Under the pieces are notes generated by a model. The model did no database searches and was not told the origin of the DNA. It saw nothing but the letters and a program-made list of their open reading frames with translations. Below are positions 56,019 to 63,528 of a stretch of 64,000 nucleotides of DNA, piece after piece. Positions within the stretch are counted from its first letter, which is position 1, and each line of letters opens with the position of its first letter. The translations under genes were made by a program, and so were the position numbers. Source of the DNA: an uncultured Eubacteriales bacterium (GTDB lineage Bacteria; Bacillota; Clostridia; Christensenellales; Aristaeellaceae); contig CAUDEL010000005.1 in NCBI GenBank assembly GCA_958448555.1, forward strand, positions 18,404 to 82,403, read 5' to 3'.

Positions 56019-56048
56019 CACACTACACCTTGCAAGCAAGGTCGTGTG
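56019..56048 (+). promoter_or_regulatory. Compound hairpin, candidate oriT/nic-region element
   Basis: CACAC-TAC-ACCTTGC-AA-GCAAGGT-C-GTGTG lies about 190 nt upstream of the MobV start. The functional assignment is inference only. Confidence 0.3.
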
Positions 56049-56130
56049 CCAGACTTTCCCTCTGGACTCCCTTTCGGCAGGGCTTGCGCCCTGCTCCCCG
56101 CCGCCTGCGGCTGCGGGGAAAGGCGGTGCC

Positions 56131-56200
56131 GGTGACAGTGCTGTGCCATCTGGGAGGGTATCCCATAACCACCGTCATCACTGTCACCACCGTCACCGCC
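56131..56200 (-). repeat. Right cluster: inverted copy of the 9-bp unit array plus a local 10-bp hairpin
   Basis: The reverse complement reads GGTGACGGT GGTGACAGT GATGACGGT GGTTATGGGATACCC. GGTGACAGTG (56131-56140) pairs with CACTGTCACC (56179-56188). Confidence 0.75.
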
Positions 56201-56240
56201 CAAAGAACACCCGCCGAAAAAAGAAAGGAGTTGAACGCTT

Positions 56241-57206
56241 ATGCCTTACACAATCCTGCGTTTCCAGAAACGCAAGGCAGGCTCTGTGGCTGCCTGTGAA
56301 CGCCACAATGAACGGAAGAAGGAGGCGTACAAGAGCAATCCCGATATTGATATGGAACACTCCAAGTACAACTATCATCTTGTGCCGCCGCCACGCTACA
56401 CCTATAAAAAAGAGATCAACCGCATGGTGCAGGCGGCAGGCTGCAAGGTACGCAAAGACAGCGTGATGATGGTGGAAACTCTGATTACCGCCTCTCCTGA
56501 ATTTATGAACAGCTTACCGCCAGAGGAACAGAAAGCCTACTTTGCGATGGCTTTGGACTTCATAGCGGAGCGTGTGGGAAAACAAAATATCCTCTCTGCT
56601 GTGGTGCATATGGACGAGAAAACACCCCATATGCACCTTTGCTTTGTGCCGATTGCGCCGGAGGGAAAGCTGTCTGCCAAATACTTTTTAGGCAACCAGA
56701 AGTCTTTATCCGAGTGGCAGACCGCCTACCATGAGCGCATGTCCGCACGGTGGAATGAGTTGGAACGGGGGCAGTCTTCGATGATTACGGGGCGAAAGCA
56801 TATCCCCACATGGCTTTTTAAGCTGGGCGGCAGGCTGGATAAACAGTATGAGGAAATCGTGGCGGCGCTGTCCGATATTAACGCCTTTAACGCAGGGAAG
56901 AAACGGGATAAAGCGCTCTCCCTGCTTTCGGCATGGCTGCCGGAGGCGGAAAAGTTTACACGGGAGATCGGGAAACAGAGCGCCTATATCGACAGCCTGA
57001 AAAAGAAAATCGGGCAGGAAAGCGACTATGCGGGGCGGCTGCGTGACGAGAAATACGCAGAGGAATTAAAGGTGCAGAAAGCCAACCAGAAGATATTTGA
57101 GTTGCAGCGCACCAATCAGCAGTTGGAACGGTTGCTTAGGAAAATCCCGCCCGAAGTGTTGGAAGAATTGCAGAAACAGAACAGAAATAAATCAAGAGAA
57201 AGGTAG
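56241..57206 (+). CDS. MobV-family relaxase (plasmid recombination enzyme Mob/Pre)
   Basis: It contains MPYTILRFQKRK and CERHNERKKE, plus the HxDExxPHxH motif VVHMDEKTPHMHLCFVP. It has a coiled-coil C-terminus. Confidence 0.9.
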   Translation: MPYTILRFQKRKAGSVAACERHNERKKEAYKSNPDIDMEHSKYNYHLVPPPRYTYKKEINRMVQAAGCKVRKDSVMMVETLITASPEFMNSLPPEEQKAYFAMALDFIAERVGKQNILSAVVHMDEKTPHMHLCFVPIAPEGKLSAKYFLGNQKSLSEWQTAYHERMSARWNELERGQSSMITGRKHIPTWLFKLGGRLDKQYEEIVAALSDINAFNAGKKRDKALSLLSAWLPEAEKFTREIGKQSAYIDSLKKKIGQESDYAGRLRDEKYAEELKVQKANQKIFELQRTNQQLERLLRKIPPEVLEELQKQNRNKSRER

Positions 57207-57214
57207 GAAAGCCA

Positions 57215-58069
57215 TTGAAAAAACAGGATTTTACCGTGCTGAAGATTGATGATTTACGCCCGTTCCCCGATAACCCGTTCCGTCTGGTGGAGGACGAACT
57301 GCTGATGGAACTCTCTGAGAGTATCAAAGAGTTTGGTGTGGTAACACCCATCATAACCCGCCCGAAAGAGGACGGGAACGGGTACGAAGTCATCGCAGGG
57401 CAGCGGCGTGTCCGTGCCTCACAGCTTGCAGGGATAGAGACAATCCCTGCTTTTGTTTTGCCCTTAGACCGTGACCGGGCGATTATTACCCTTGTGGACA
57501 GCAATATCCAGAGAGAAAATATCCTGCCGAGCGAGAGGGCTTTTGCTTACAAGATGAAATTGGAGGCGATGAAAAGGCAGGGATACCGCACGGATTTAAC
57601 TTCGTCCCAGGTTGGGACGAAGTTGCGGACGGACGAAACGGTGGCGCAGGGCTTTGGTATTGGAAAGACCACCGTACAGCGATATATCCGCCTGACCGAG
57701 TTAATCCCGCCGATTTTACAGATGGTGGACGAGGGGCAGATTGCCCTTACCCCTGCGGTGGAACTGTCTTTTTTGAAGAAAGACGAGCAGGAAAACCTGC
57801 GGCTCACGATAGAGAGCGAGGACGCTACTCCCTCTCTTTCGCAGGCGCAGCGCATGAAAAAGTTAAGCCAGATGGGGCGGCTTGATATGGATACCATCTT
57901 TGCGATTATGACTGAGGAAAAGGCAAACCAGAGGGAAACCGTGAAAATCGGTATGGACAAGCTGCGGAAATATTTCCCCAGAGGTACAACGCCAAAGCAG
58001 ATGGAGGATTTTATTATCCGCTTATTAGAGCGTGAATTGCAGAGAAAACGAAACCGTGACAGCCGATAA
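57215..58069 (+). CDS. ParB/Srx-fold N-terminal domain protein (ParB-like)
   Basis: The motif is LRPFPDNPFRL...VVTPIITRPKEDGNGYEVIAGQRRVRASQLAG. It has a TTG start. Confidence 0.8.
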   Translation: MKKQDFTVLKIDDLRPFPDNPFRLVEDELLMELSESIKEFGVVTPIITRPKEDGNGYEVIAGQRRVRASQLAGIETIPAFVLPLDRDRAIITLVDSNIQRENILPSERAFAYKMKLEAMKRQGYRTDLTSSQVGTKLRTDETVAQGFGIGKTTVQRYIRLTELIPPILQMVDEGQIALTPAVELSFLKKDEQENLRLTIESEDATPSLSQAQRMKKLSQMGRLDMDTIFAIMTEEKANQRETVKIGMDKLRKYFPRGTTPKQMEDFIIRLLERELQRKRNRDSR

Positions 58070-58113
58070 TTTTCTTTTCTCGGCAGGTAACGGACAGAAA
58101 GGACAGGTCTTTG

Positions 58114-58338
58114 ATGAAAGAAATCCAGTATGAAATCGTAAGGGAAATCGCTGTCCTCTCCACGGGCGACAGCGGCTATACAAAGGAAATCAACCTGATT
58201 GTGTGGAATGGGAACGAGCCAAAGTACGACATCCGCAGCTTTTCCCCTGCCCGTGAGAAATGCGGCAAGGGCATTACGCTGACAAGGACGGAGGCGGAGA
58301 AACTCCTTGCGGCTCTGAAAAAGGAACTAAAGCAGTGA
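58114..58338 (+). CDS. PC4/YdbC-like small ssDNA-binding protein
   Basis: KEINLIVWNGNEPKYDIRSFSPAREKCGKGITLTRTEAEKLL matches the bacterial PC4/YdbC pattern as I recall it. Confidence 0.6.
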   Translation: MKEIQYEIVREIAVLSTGDSGYTKEINLIVWNGNEPKYDIRSFSPAREKCGKGITLTRTEAEKLLAALKKELKQ

Positions 58339-58360
58339 GATTTTGAAGGGAGGTATGCCT

Positions 58361-58552
58361 ATGGCAAAGACAGCGGTGCGCCCGAAAATCATCGTGCAGG
58401 CGGCTTACACGGGCGGCGCAGATATGCGGGAATTATTTATTTCCCTGCTTGTAAACGAGGTGCGGAGAGGAAAATCCTCTCCCCGCACCTTTGAGATAAT
58501 CAAACTTCCGCAATACAATGAGGGCAGTACAGATACAAAGGAGGCGAGCTGA
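58361..58552 (+). CDS. Small hypothetical protein directly upstream of the large serine recombinase
   Basis: ATG 58361 lies 8 nt after GAAGGGAGG. The protein is 63 aa, and its stop abuts the recombinase start. Confidence 0.45.
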   Translation: MAKTAVRPKIIVQAAYTGGADMRELFISLLVNEVRRGKSSPRTFEIIKLPQYNEGSTDTKEAS

Positions 58553-60241
58553 ATGGCAATGTTAAGGGCGGCTCTGTACTGCCGCTTATCAAAGGACGAT
58601 ATGCTGCAGGGCGACAGCGAGAGTATCAAAACGCAGAAAGCCATGCTGACGCAGTATGCAAAGGAACATGGCTTTCTGGTGGTGGAAATCTATGTGGACG
58701 ATGGGTATAGCGGCTTAAATTTTGACCGTCCGAGCTTTAACCGTATGCTTGATGACATCGAGGCGGGCAAGATTGATGTGGTCATTACGAAAGATTTATC
58801 CCGTCTGGGGCGTGACCATCTGAAGGTCGGACACTTCACGGAAATTTACTTTCCGATGAAGAATGTGCGGTATATCGCAGTCAATGACGGTGTGGACACC
58901 GCCAACAAGAACAACGATATAGCGGCTCTGAAAAATGTGATGAACGAGTTTTACAGCCGGGATAATTCCCGCAAAATCCGTTCCTCAATACGAGCGAGGG
59001 CAAAGGCGGGGCTGTACCGTTCTTCCTTTAACCCTATCGGCTACCGCAAATCCCCCGACAATCATAACAAGCTGATCGTGGACGAGGAAACAGCATGGAT
59101 TGTGAAACGGATCTTTGAACTTGCCAACGCAGGCATGGGAGCGCATAAAATCGCTGCCGTGTTTCGTGAGGAACAAGTACCCTGCCCGTCATGGTGGCTG
59201 CACAGCCGGGGCGAAAAGGACTACTCCAAGCGGTTTGAAAATCCAGAGAACAAGTATGAGTGGTCGCACACCGTCATACGCAATATCATCTCCAATCCCC
59301 TCTATCTGGGGCATTGCGTGATGTGCAAGACAGAGAGTATCTTCAAGGTCAACGCCTCAAAGAAAGTACCGCAGGAGGACTGGATTACTGTGGAGAACAC
59401 CCATGAGCCGCTTGTGATGCAGGAGGTCTTTGACGGGGCAAACGAGAAGATTTTGAGCCGCAGGCGAGATACCACCGATAACTTTGTTTCTCCCTTTGCG
59501 GGGCTTGTGAAGTGCGGCACTTGCGGAAAAGCGTTAGGTTTGCGCTACTGGACAGGGAAAAGGCACAGGATTTATGTGTGTACCACTTACGCCCACGACA
59601 CCAAAGCCTGCACAGACCACCGTATTTTCTATGAGGATTTATACAGGGCGGTGCTTGCGGATATTCAGTACCACGCCCGTCTTGCCTATGAGGACAGGGA
59701 GAAAGCGGTGGCTCTGGCAGTGAAGATGAACGCCAAAGTGGACGGGAGCAAAGGAAAAAACAACGCCGACAGACTGAAAGCGGCAAAGAAACGGTATGAG
59801 GAAGTGACGAGACTGTTTGACCGTCTGTATGAGGACAGTGTATCGGGGCGTATCTCCCATGATAATTTTAACCGTCTGATGGATAAGTACCAGACCGAGC
59901 AGGAACAGCTTTTAGGGCAGATACAGGCTTTAGAAACCGCCATGCAGGAGGTTAAGGACAATCAGCAGAACGCTGTCAGGTGGGCGGAACTGATGGCACA
60001 GTATGTGGGGATACAGGAATTGACTGCTGAAAATCTCAATCTCCTTGTAGAGAGGATTGAGGTCTATGACCGCACGGAAACCAATGCCGGGGCAGAACAG
60101 ATGATTAAAATCTGTTACCGCTTCGGCGGCTACATAGGGGAACGGGTATTTTCCGCAAAGGTGCTGAAACACCCTTGCAGGAAAAACGCCTGCCCTCTCA
60201 AAGAAAGGAAAGGCTATGGGAAACTATCACTTGTATCTTAG
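58553..60241 (+). CDS. Large serine recombinase (TnpX/TndX-type integrase)
   Basis: AALYCRLSKDD carries the catalytic Ser. The motif DLSRLGRD is present. It has a recombinase domain and a zinc-ribbon region (CGTCGKAL...CTTYAHDTKAC), followed by a long coiled coil. The protein is 562 aa. Confidence 0.92.
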   Translation: MAMLRAALYCRLSKDDMLQGDSESIKTQKAMLTQYAKEHGFLVVEIYVDDGYSGLNFDRPSFNRMLDDIEAGKIDVVITKDLSRLGRDHLKVGHFTEIYFPMKNVRYIAVNDGVDTANKNNDIAALKNVMNEFYSRDNSRKIRSSIRARAKAGLYRSSFNPIGYRKSPDNHNKLIVDEETAWIVKRIFELANAGMGAHKIAAVFREEQVPCPSWWLHSRGEKDYSKRFENPENKYEWSHTVIRNIISNPLYLGHCVMCKTESIFKVNASKKVPQEDWITVENTHEPLVMQEVFDGANEKILSRRRDTTDNFVSPFAGLVKCGTCGKALGLRYWTGKRHRIYVCTTYAHDTKACTDHRIFYEDLYRAVLADIQYHARLAYEDREKAVALAVKMNAKVDGSKGKNNADRLKAAKKRYEEVTRLFDRLYEDSVSGRISHDNFNRLMDKYQTEQEQLLGQIQALETAMQEVKDNQQNAVRWAELMAQYVGIQELTAENLNLLVERIEVYDRTETNAGAEQMIKICYRFGGYIGERVFSAKVLKHPCRKNACPLKERKGYGKLSLVS

Positions 60242-60383
60242 CGAGGAAGAAAGGCAGCTTGTTCTCCACGCTCTGATCGACTTCCGCAACAAGCTGATTG
60301 CGGCGGGCAGATATACGGACTGCGTGGACGAGCTGCTGATAAAGGTCATGTACGCAAAGACGAAAAAGATAAAAATACGGTAA
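60216..60383 (+). CDS. Small protein (55 aa), not in the ORF track, overlapping the recombinase 3' end
   Basis: ATG follows GAAAGGAAAGG. The protein is MGNYHLYLSEEERQLVLHALIDFRNKLIAAGRYTDCVDELLIKVMYAKTKKIKIR*. Its stop overlaps the TnpV ORF start region. Confidence 0.5.
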   Translation: MGNYHLYLSEEERQLVLHALIDFRNKLIAAGRYTDCVDELLIKVMYAKTKKIKIR

Positions 60384-60397
60384 TGGAGGGAATGACA

Positions 60398-60772
60398 ATG
60401 ACGAAATCAATCTTTGAACAGTTGGGCGGTGCTTATGAACAGCAGGGGGATTATCTTCTCCCCTGCCTCACAGTACCCGCCGAGAACGAACAGCCCATAG
60501 GCGTATGGGGGCAGCGGCACTTGCGGTATCTGAAAGAATACCGCAGAGCCACCTACATAACCCTGCTCACAAGCGGCAGGCTGAACGCTTACCTTGCCGA
60601 CATCGACAGGCAGGCGCAGGAGCGCATGGAAAGGCTCACGGAGCAGATGAAACGGGCGCAGAGTATCACGGAACAGCTAAAGGCGGAAAATGCCTTAGAA
60701 TGGGTGCAGAGAATGAATAACATACGGGCGTGTGCAAGGGAGATTGTGGAGAGGGAGATTATTTTTGCATAG
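60398..60772 (+). CDS. TnpV-family transposon protein
   Basis: MTKSIFEQLGGAYEQQGDYLLPCLTVP...GVWGQRHLRYLKEYR...LLTSGRLNAYLADIDRQAQ is the characteristic TnpV N-terminus. ATG lies 7 nt after GGAGGG. Confidence 0.85.
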   Translation: MTKSIFEQLGGAYEQQGDYLLPCLTVPAENEQPIGVWGQRHLRYLKEYRRATYITLLTSGRLNAYLADIDRQAQERMERLTEQMKRAQSITEQLKAENALEWVQRMNNIRACAREIVEREIIFA

Positions 60773-60854
60773 TTAAAAGGTAGGGAATCATCTTCCTAAT
60801 TGGTTAGGAGATGGCTTCTTAATTATGAAAAATGTACCTCTTATCACTTAACAA

Positions 60855-60882
60855 TTGAGAAAGATTTTTTAGTGCGTATAAT
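60855..60882 (+). promoter_or_regulatory. Sigma-A promoter for the LytTR cassette
   Basis: TTGAGA, a 16-nt spacer, then TATAAT, about 20 nt upstream of the RBS GGAGGTG. Confidence 0.5.
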
Positions 60883-60900
60883 TGTAATTGGAGGTGCAAG

Positions 60901-61335
60901 ATGAATATTAAGATTGTTGAAGATATAAAAAGTTCTTTTCAGGTAATTATAAAGTGTAAAATAATTAATGAGGAGGTATTTCGTTTAAGGAGACATATTG
61001 AACTGTTTGATAAAAAGTTATATGCCAAAAAAGATAACGAAATGTTTTTGATTAATTCATCAGATGTTTTGTATTTTGATTCCGTGGATAATCGCACTTT
61101 TTTATATACCAACGATGATGTAATGGAAATAAAACAGAAATTATATGAATTGGAAGATATTCTTTCTGATAAAGATTTTGTTAGAATTTCAAAATCTCAG
61201 ATAGTGAATATAAATCAAATCAGGTCATTAAAACCTGAATTAAATCGCACAATTTTAGTGACATTGTTTAACGGAGAGCGACTTTACATATCCAGAAAAT
61301 ATGTAAAAATCATTCGTAATATGTTGTCTATATAG
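60901..61335 (+). CDS. LytTR-family DNA-binding protein (no receiver domain)
   Basis: VLYFDSVDNRTFLYTNDDVMEIKQKLYELEDIL..DFVRISKSQIVNINQI is the LytTR domain pattern. The protein is 144 aa. Confidence 0.85.
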   Translation: MNIKIVEDIKSSFQVIIKCKIINEEVFRLRRHIELFDKKLYAKKDNEMFLINSSDVLYFDSVDNRTFLYTNDDVMEIKQKLYELEDILSDKDFVRISKSQIVNINQIRSLKPELNRTILVTLFNGERLYISRKYVKIIRNMLSI

Positions 61336-61344
61336 GAGGTATTT

Positions 61345-61812
61345 ATGCGAAGTCGTAAAAAGGATATTATTCAGTTCTTTGTATGGATGAGAAATGGAAT
61401 TGCTTTTTGCACGTCATGGTTTCTTGTTCTTATTTTAGTTTACAATTATATTTGTGGAAATCAAACGATTTCAACTGTGAACCTAACTAAAATGGTCTTT
61501 TTAGTTATAGGAGGTGTTTTTGTTTTTAATTTGTTTTTTACACACTTGTTGATAACAAAACTCACATTTATAAAGCGATTAACTGGCTTTATGATTGCAA
61601 TTAGTATATATGAAAGCTTCTGGTTTTATTATCTGGATTTTTTTTCAGCAGAAGGAGTAATTACTCAATGGATCGTATTTGTAGGGATAATTTTAGCCTT
61701 ATATCTGATATGTATTGTCATATACCAAAATTACAGCAAAAGGCAAGGAGAACTCTATACGCAAGCATTGCAAAAATATCAAGAAAAAAGGAGCAAAGAA
61801 CATGAAAAGTAA
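61345..61812 (+). CDS. DUF3021-like membrane protein (typical LytTR partner)
   Basis: It has four hydrophobic segments and is 155 aa. It lies immediately downstream of the LytTR gene. The family name is from memory of this gene pairing. Confidence 0.6.
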   Translation: MRSRKKDIIQFFVWMRNGIAFCTSWFLVLILVYNYICGNQTISTVNLTKMVFLVIGGVFVFNLFFTHLLITKLTFIKRLTGFMIAISIYESFWFYYLDFFSAEGVITQWIVFVGIILALYLICIVIYQNYSKRQGELYTQALQKYQEKRSKEHEK

Positions 61813-62377
61813 AAAAGAATTTATTTTAGCATTGCAAGAGCTACGAACAGATAATATCAGAAAACAAAAAAGAGGATTACACTTTATTATGGCATCGGTT
61901 TTTATTTGGATAATTATTCTGATTATTCATCTATCTCCATTGCCAATTATTACAAAAAATTTATTTACTTTTTGCTGTTCAACACCATTGACTTTTCTAG
62001 CGTATTTACTTTCATTGATTTTAAAGATAGATTTTCAGAATAAAGGAAATCCGTTGTCAGGATTAGGATTGTTAATTTCGCTTAATCAATTGCTGTACAT
62101 ACTTATTGCGATGTGGGTATATGCAGCTATGCCTGAGAAAATGCTGATGGTTTATGCTATGATTTTTGGGGCGCATCTTTTACCATATGGTTGGTTGTAT
62201 CAATCGAAATGCTATTATGCTTTTTCTATCATAATACCATTCGTTGCATTGCTACTTAGTATATACAACTCTACAATTTTAATTGCAGCATTTATGTTTC
62301 TCATAGAAATAGTCTTTTGTATTTTACTGATTATTGAAAATAAGAAAGATGGGGTGTTCAAAATAGATGAAAAATGA
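61802..62377 (+). CDS. Multi-pass membrane protein of unknown function
   Basis: ATG 61802 follows AAAAAGGAG and overlaps the previous stop. The protein is 191 aa with about 5 TM segments. Confidence 0.6.
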   Translation: MKSKKEFILALQELRTDNIRKQKRGLHFIMASVFIWIIILIIHLSPLPIITKNLFTFCCSTPLTFLAYLLSLILKIDFQNKGNPLSGLGLLISLNQLLYILIAMWVYAAMPEKMLMVYAMIFGAHLLPYGWLYQSKCYYAFSIIIPFVALLLSIYNSTILIAAFMFLIEIVFCILLIIENKKDGVFKIDEK

Positions 62378-62552
62378 ATGGATAATATGCCCTGTCTGTG
62401 GCAATAAAACCCGTGACAGAATTAGAGGAGATACCGTATTGAAGAACTATCCTCTCTACTGTCCTAAATGCAAACGAGAAACTTTAATCAATGCGAAAAA
62501 ATTACATATAACTGTCATCAAAGAGCCAGACGCACAGACGCAGAGCCGATGA
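62367..62552 (+). CDS. Cysteine-rich KTR domain protein (Tn916 orf6-like)
   Basis: It contains CPVCGNKTRDRIR...LYCPKCKRETLIN. The protein is 61 aa. Confidence 0.75.
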   Translation: MKNEWIICPVCGNKTRDRIRGDTVLKNYPLYCPKCKRETLINAKKLHITVIKEPDAQTQSR

Positions 62553-62592
62553 ACTTGTGAGATATTTCACAGATCATCGGCTCTTTCTTTTT
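62543..62592 (+). terminator. Rho-independent terminator after the KTR gene
   Basis: GAGCCGATGA...TCATCGGCTC is followed by TTTCTTTTT. Confidence 0.7.
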
Positions 62593-62672
62593 CGGATAGT
62601 GTTTATCAGTCCGCCCAGTCCGCCATATAAAAAAACGGAGTTTTGACGGACTGTATTGTTATGCCCTAATGC

Positions 62673-62709
62673 TCCCTCTAAACCCGTTTTGAGTTTGGAG
62701 GGATTTTTT
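62673..62709 (+). terminator. Second strong terminator or attenuator hairpin in the leader before the sigma-like gene
   Basis: TCCCTCTAAAC-CCGTTTTGA-GTTTGGAGGGA (11 bp with one G-U pair) is followed by T6. Confidence 0.65.
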
Positions 62710-63018
62710 GCGTCTTTCTTCACTTTCTATCCTGCCGCTGATCCGTGCGGCGTTCTACATATTACCAGACAGAAACGAGGATAATCTGTTAAAAAATTCC
62801 TTGTTTTGATATGGCTCTTTTATGCACTAAAAGCAGAGGACAAATATCTACATAAAAGAGCTTTTACTTCTCATAGCCGCAATGGTCTGACAGCCTTTGC
62901 GGTTTTTCTTTTGTCGCTTTTTGTCAAGAGACAGGATAAGCCCGCTTCTGGCGTTGGGTGTCGCTCACCGCCTGCCAATCTGGATTTTCAAAAAAATTCA
63001 GATTGGAGGTAAAGAACA

Positions 63019-63444
63019 GTGGCATACAACCACGGAAAGGCAGAGCGCAGATGGCGGCTCTGGAAAGAAAAAGAAGAAAAGATTTTACGGGAGTGCGGCG
63101 TTGATGAAGAAACGATTGAGGAAATCCGCACTTTTGATAGAGAAGAATTTAATTCCGACAGACGGTTTTACACACGCCTGAATGATGTTGGGGAATACAT
63201 AGCGGAAATTGCCATGCAGGAGCCGCCTATGGAGGTCAACACAGTCTGGGATATGCTGAATGAAATCGAGGACGAAAACCTATACCGTGCATTGCTTACG
63301 GTGGACAAGCGTACCCTGCAAATTGTCCTGCTGAAAATGCAGGGATATTCCCTAAAGGAGATTGCGCCGATGGTTGATTTATCGGCGGGCGCTGTCTATG
63401 CGAGGTTAGACCATCTGCGGAAAAAGCTGAGAAAACTCTTATAG
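63019..63444 (+). CDS. Sigma-70 region-4-type regulator (Tn916 orf7-like)
   Basis: A GTG start lies 9 nt after GGAGG. Region 4 reads LLKMQGYSLKEIAPMVDLSAGAVYARLDHLRKKL. The protein is 141 aa. Confidence 0.75.
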   Translation: MAYNHGKAERRWRLWKEKEEKILRECGVDEETIEEIRTFDREEFNSDRRFYTRLNDVGEYIAEIAMQEPPMEVNTVWDMLNEIEDENLYRALLTVDKRTLQIVLLKMQGYSLKEIAPMVDLSAGAVYARLDHLRKKLRKLL

Positions 63445-63477
63445 TATCTAAAGCCTTGCTGTTTCCTACGGGCTACT

Positions 63478-63511
63478 GGGTGAGAGGACAACCCCTCTCA
63501 CCCATTTTTTA
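63478..63511 (+). terminator. Hairpin plus T run between the two sigma-like genes
   Basis: GGGTGAGAGG-ACAAC-CCCTCTCACCC is followed by ATTTTTT. Confidence 0.65.
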
Positions 63512-63528
63512 GCAGGAGGACAAGGCAA

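Noticed and set aside
55813-56466. 217-aa plus-strand ORF and 126-aa minus-strand ORF (55823-56203) between the ATPase and relaxase genes
   Set aside because: Neither has an RBS. Both products are low-complexity and P/A/G/R-rich, and the region is dense in inverted repeats. I treat it as non-coding oriT or regulatory DNA, although the minus-strand frame is mentioned in the inversion hypothesis.
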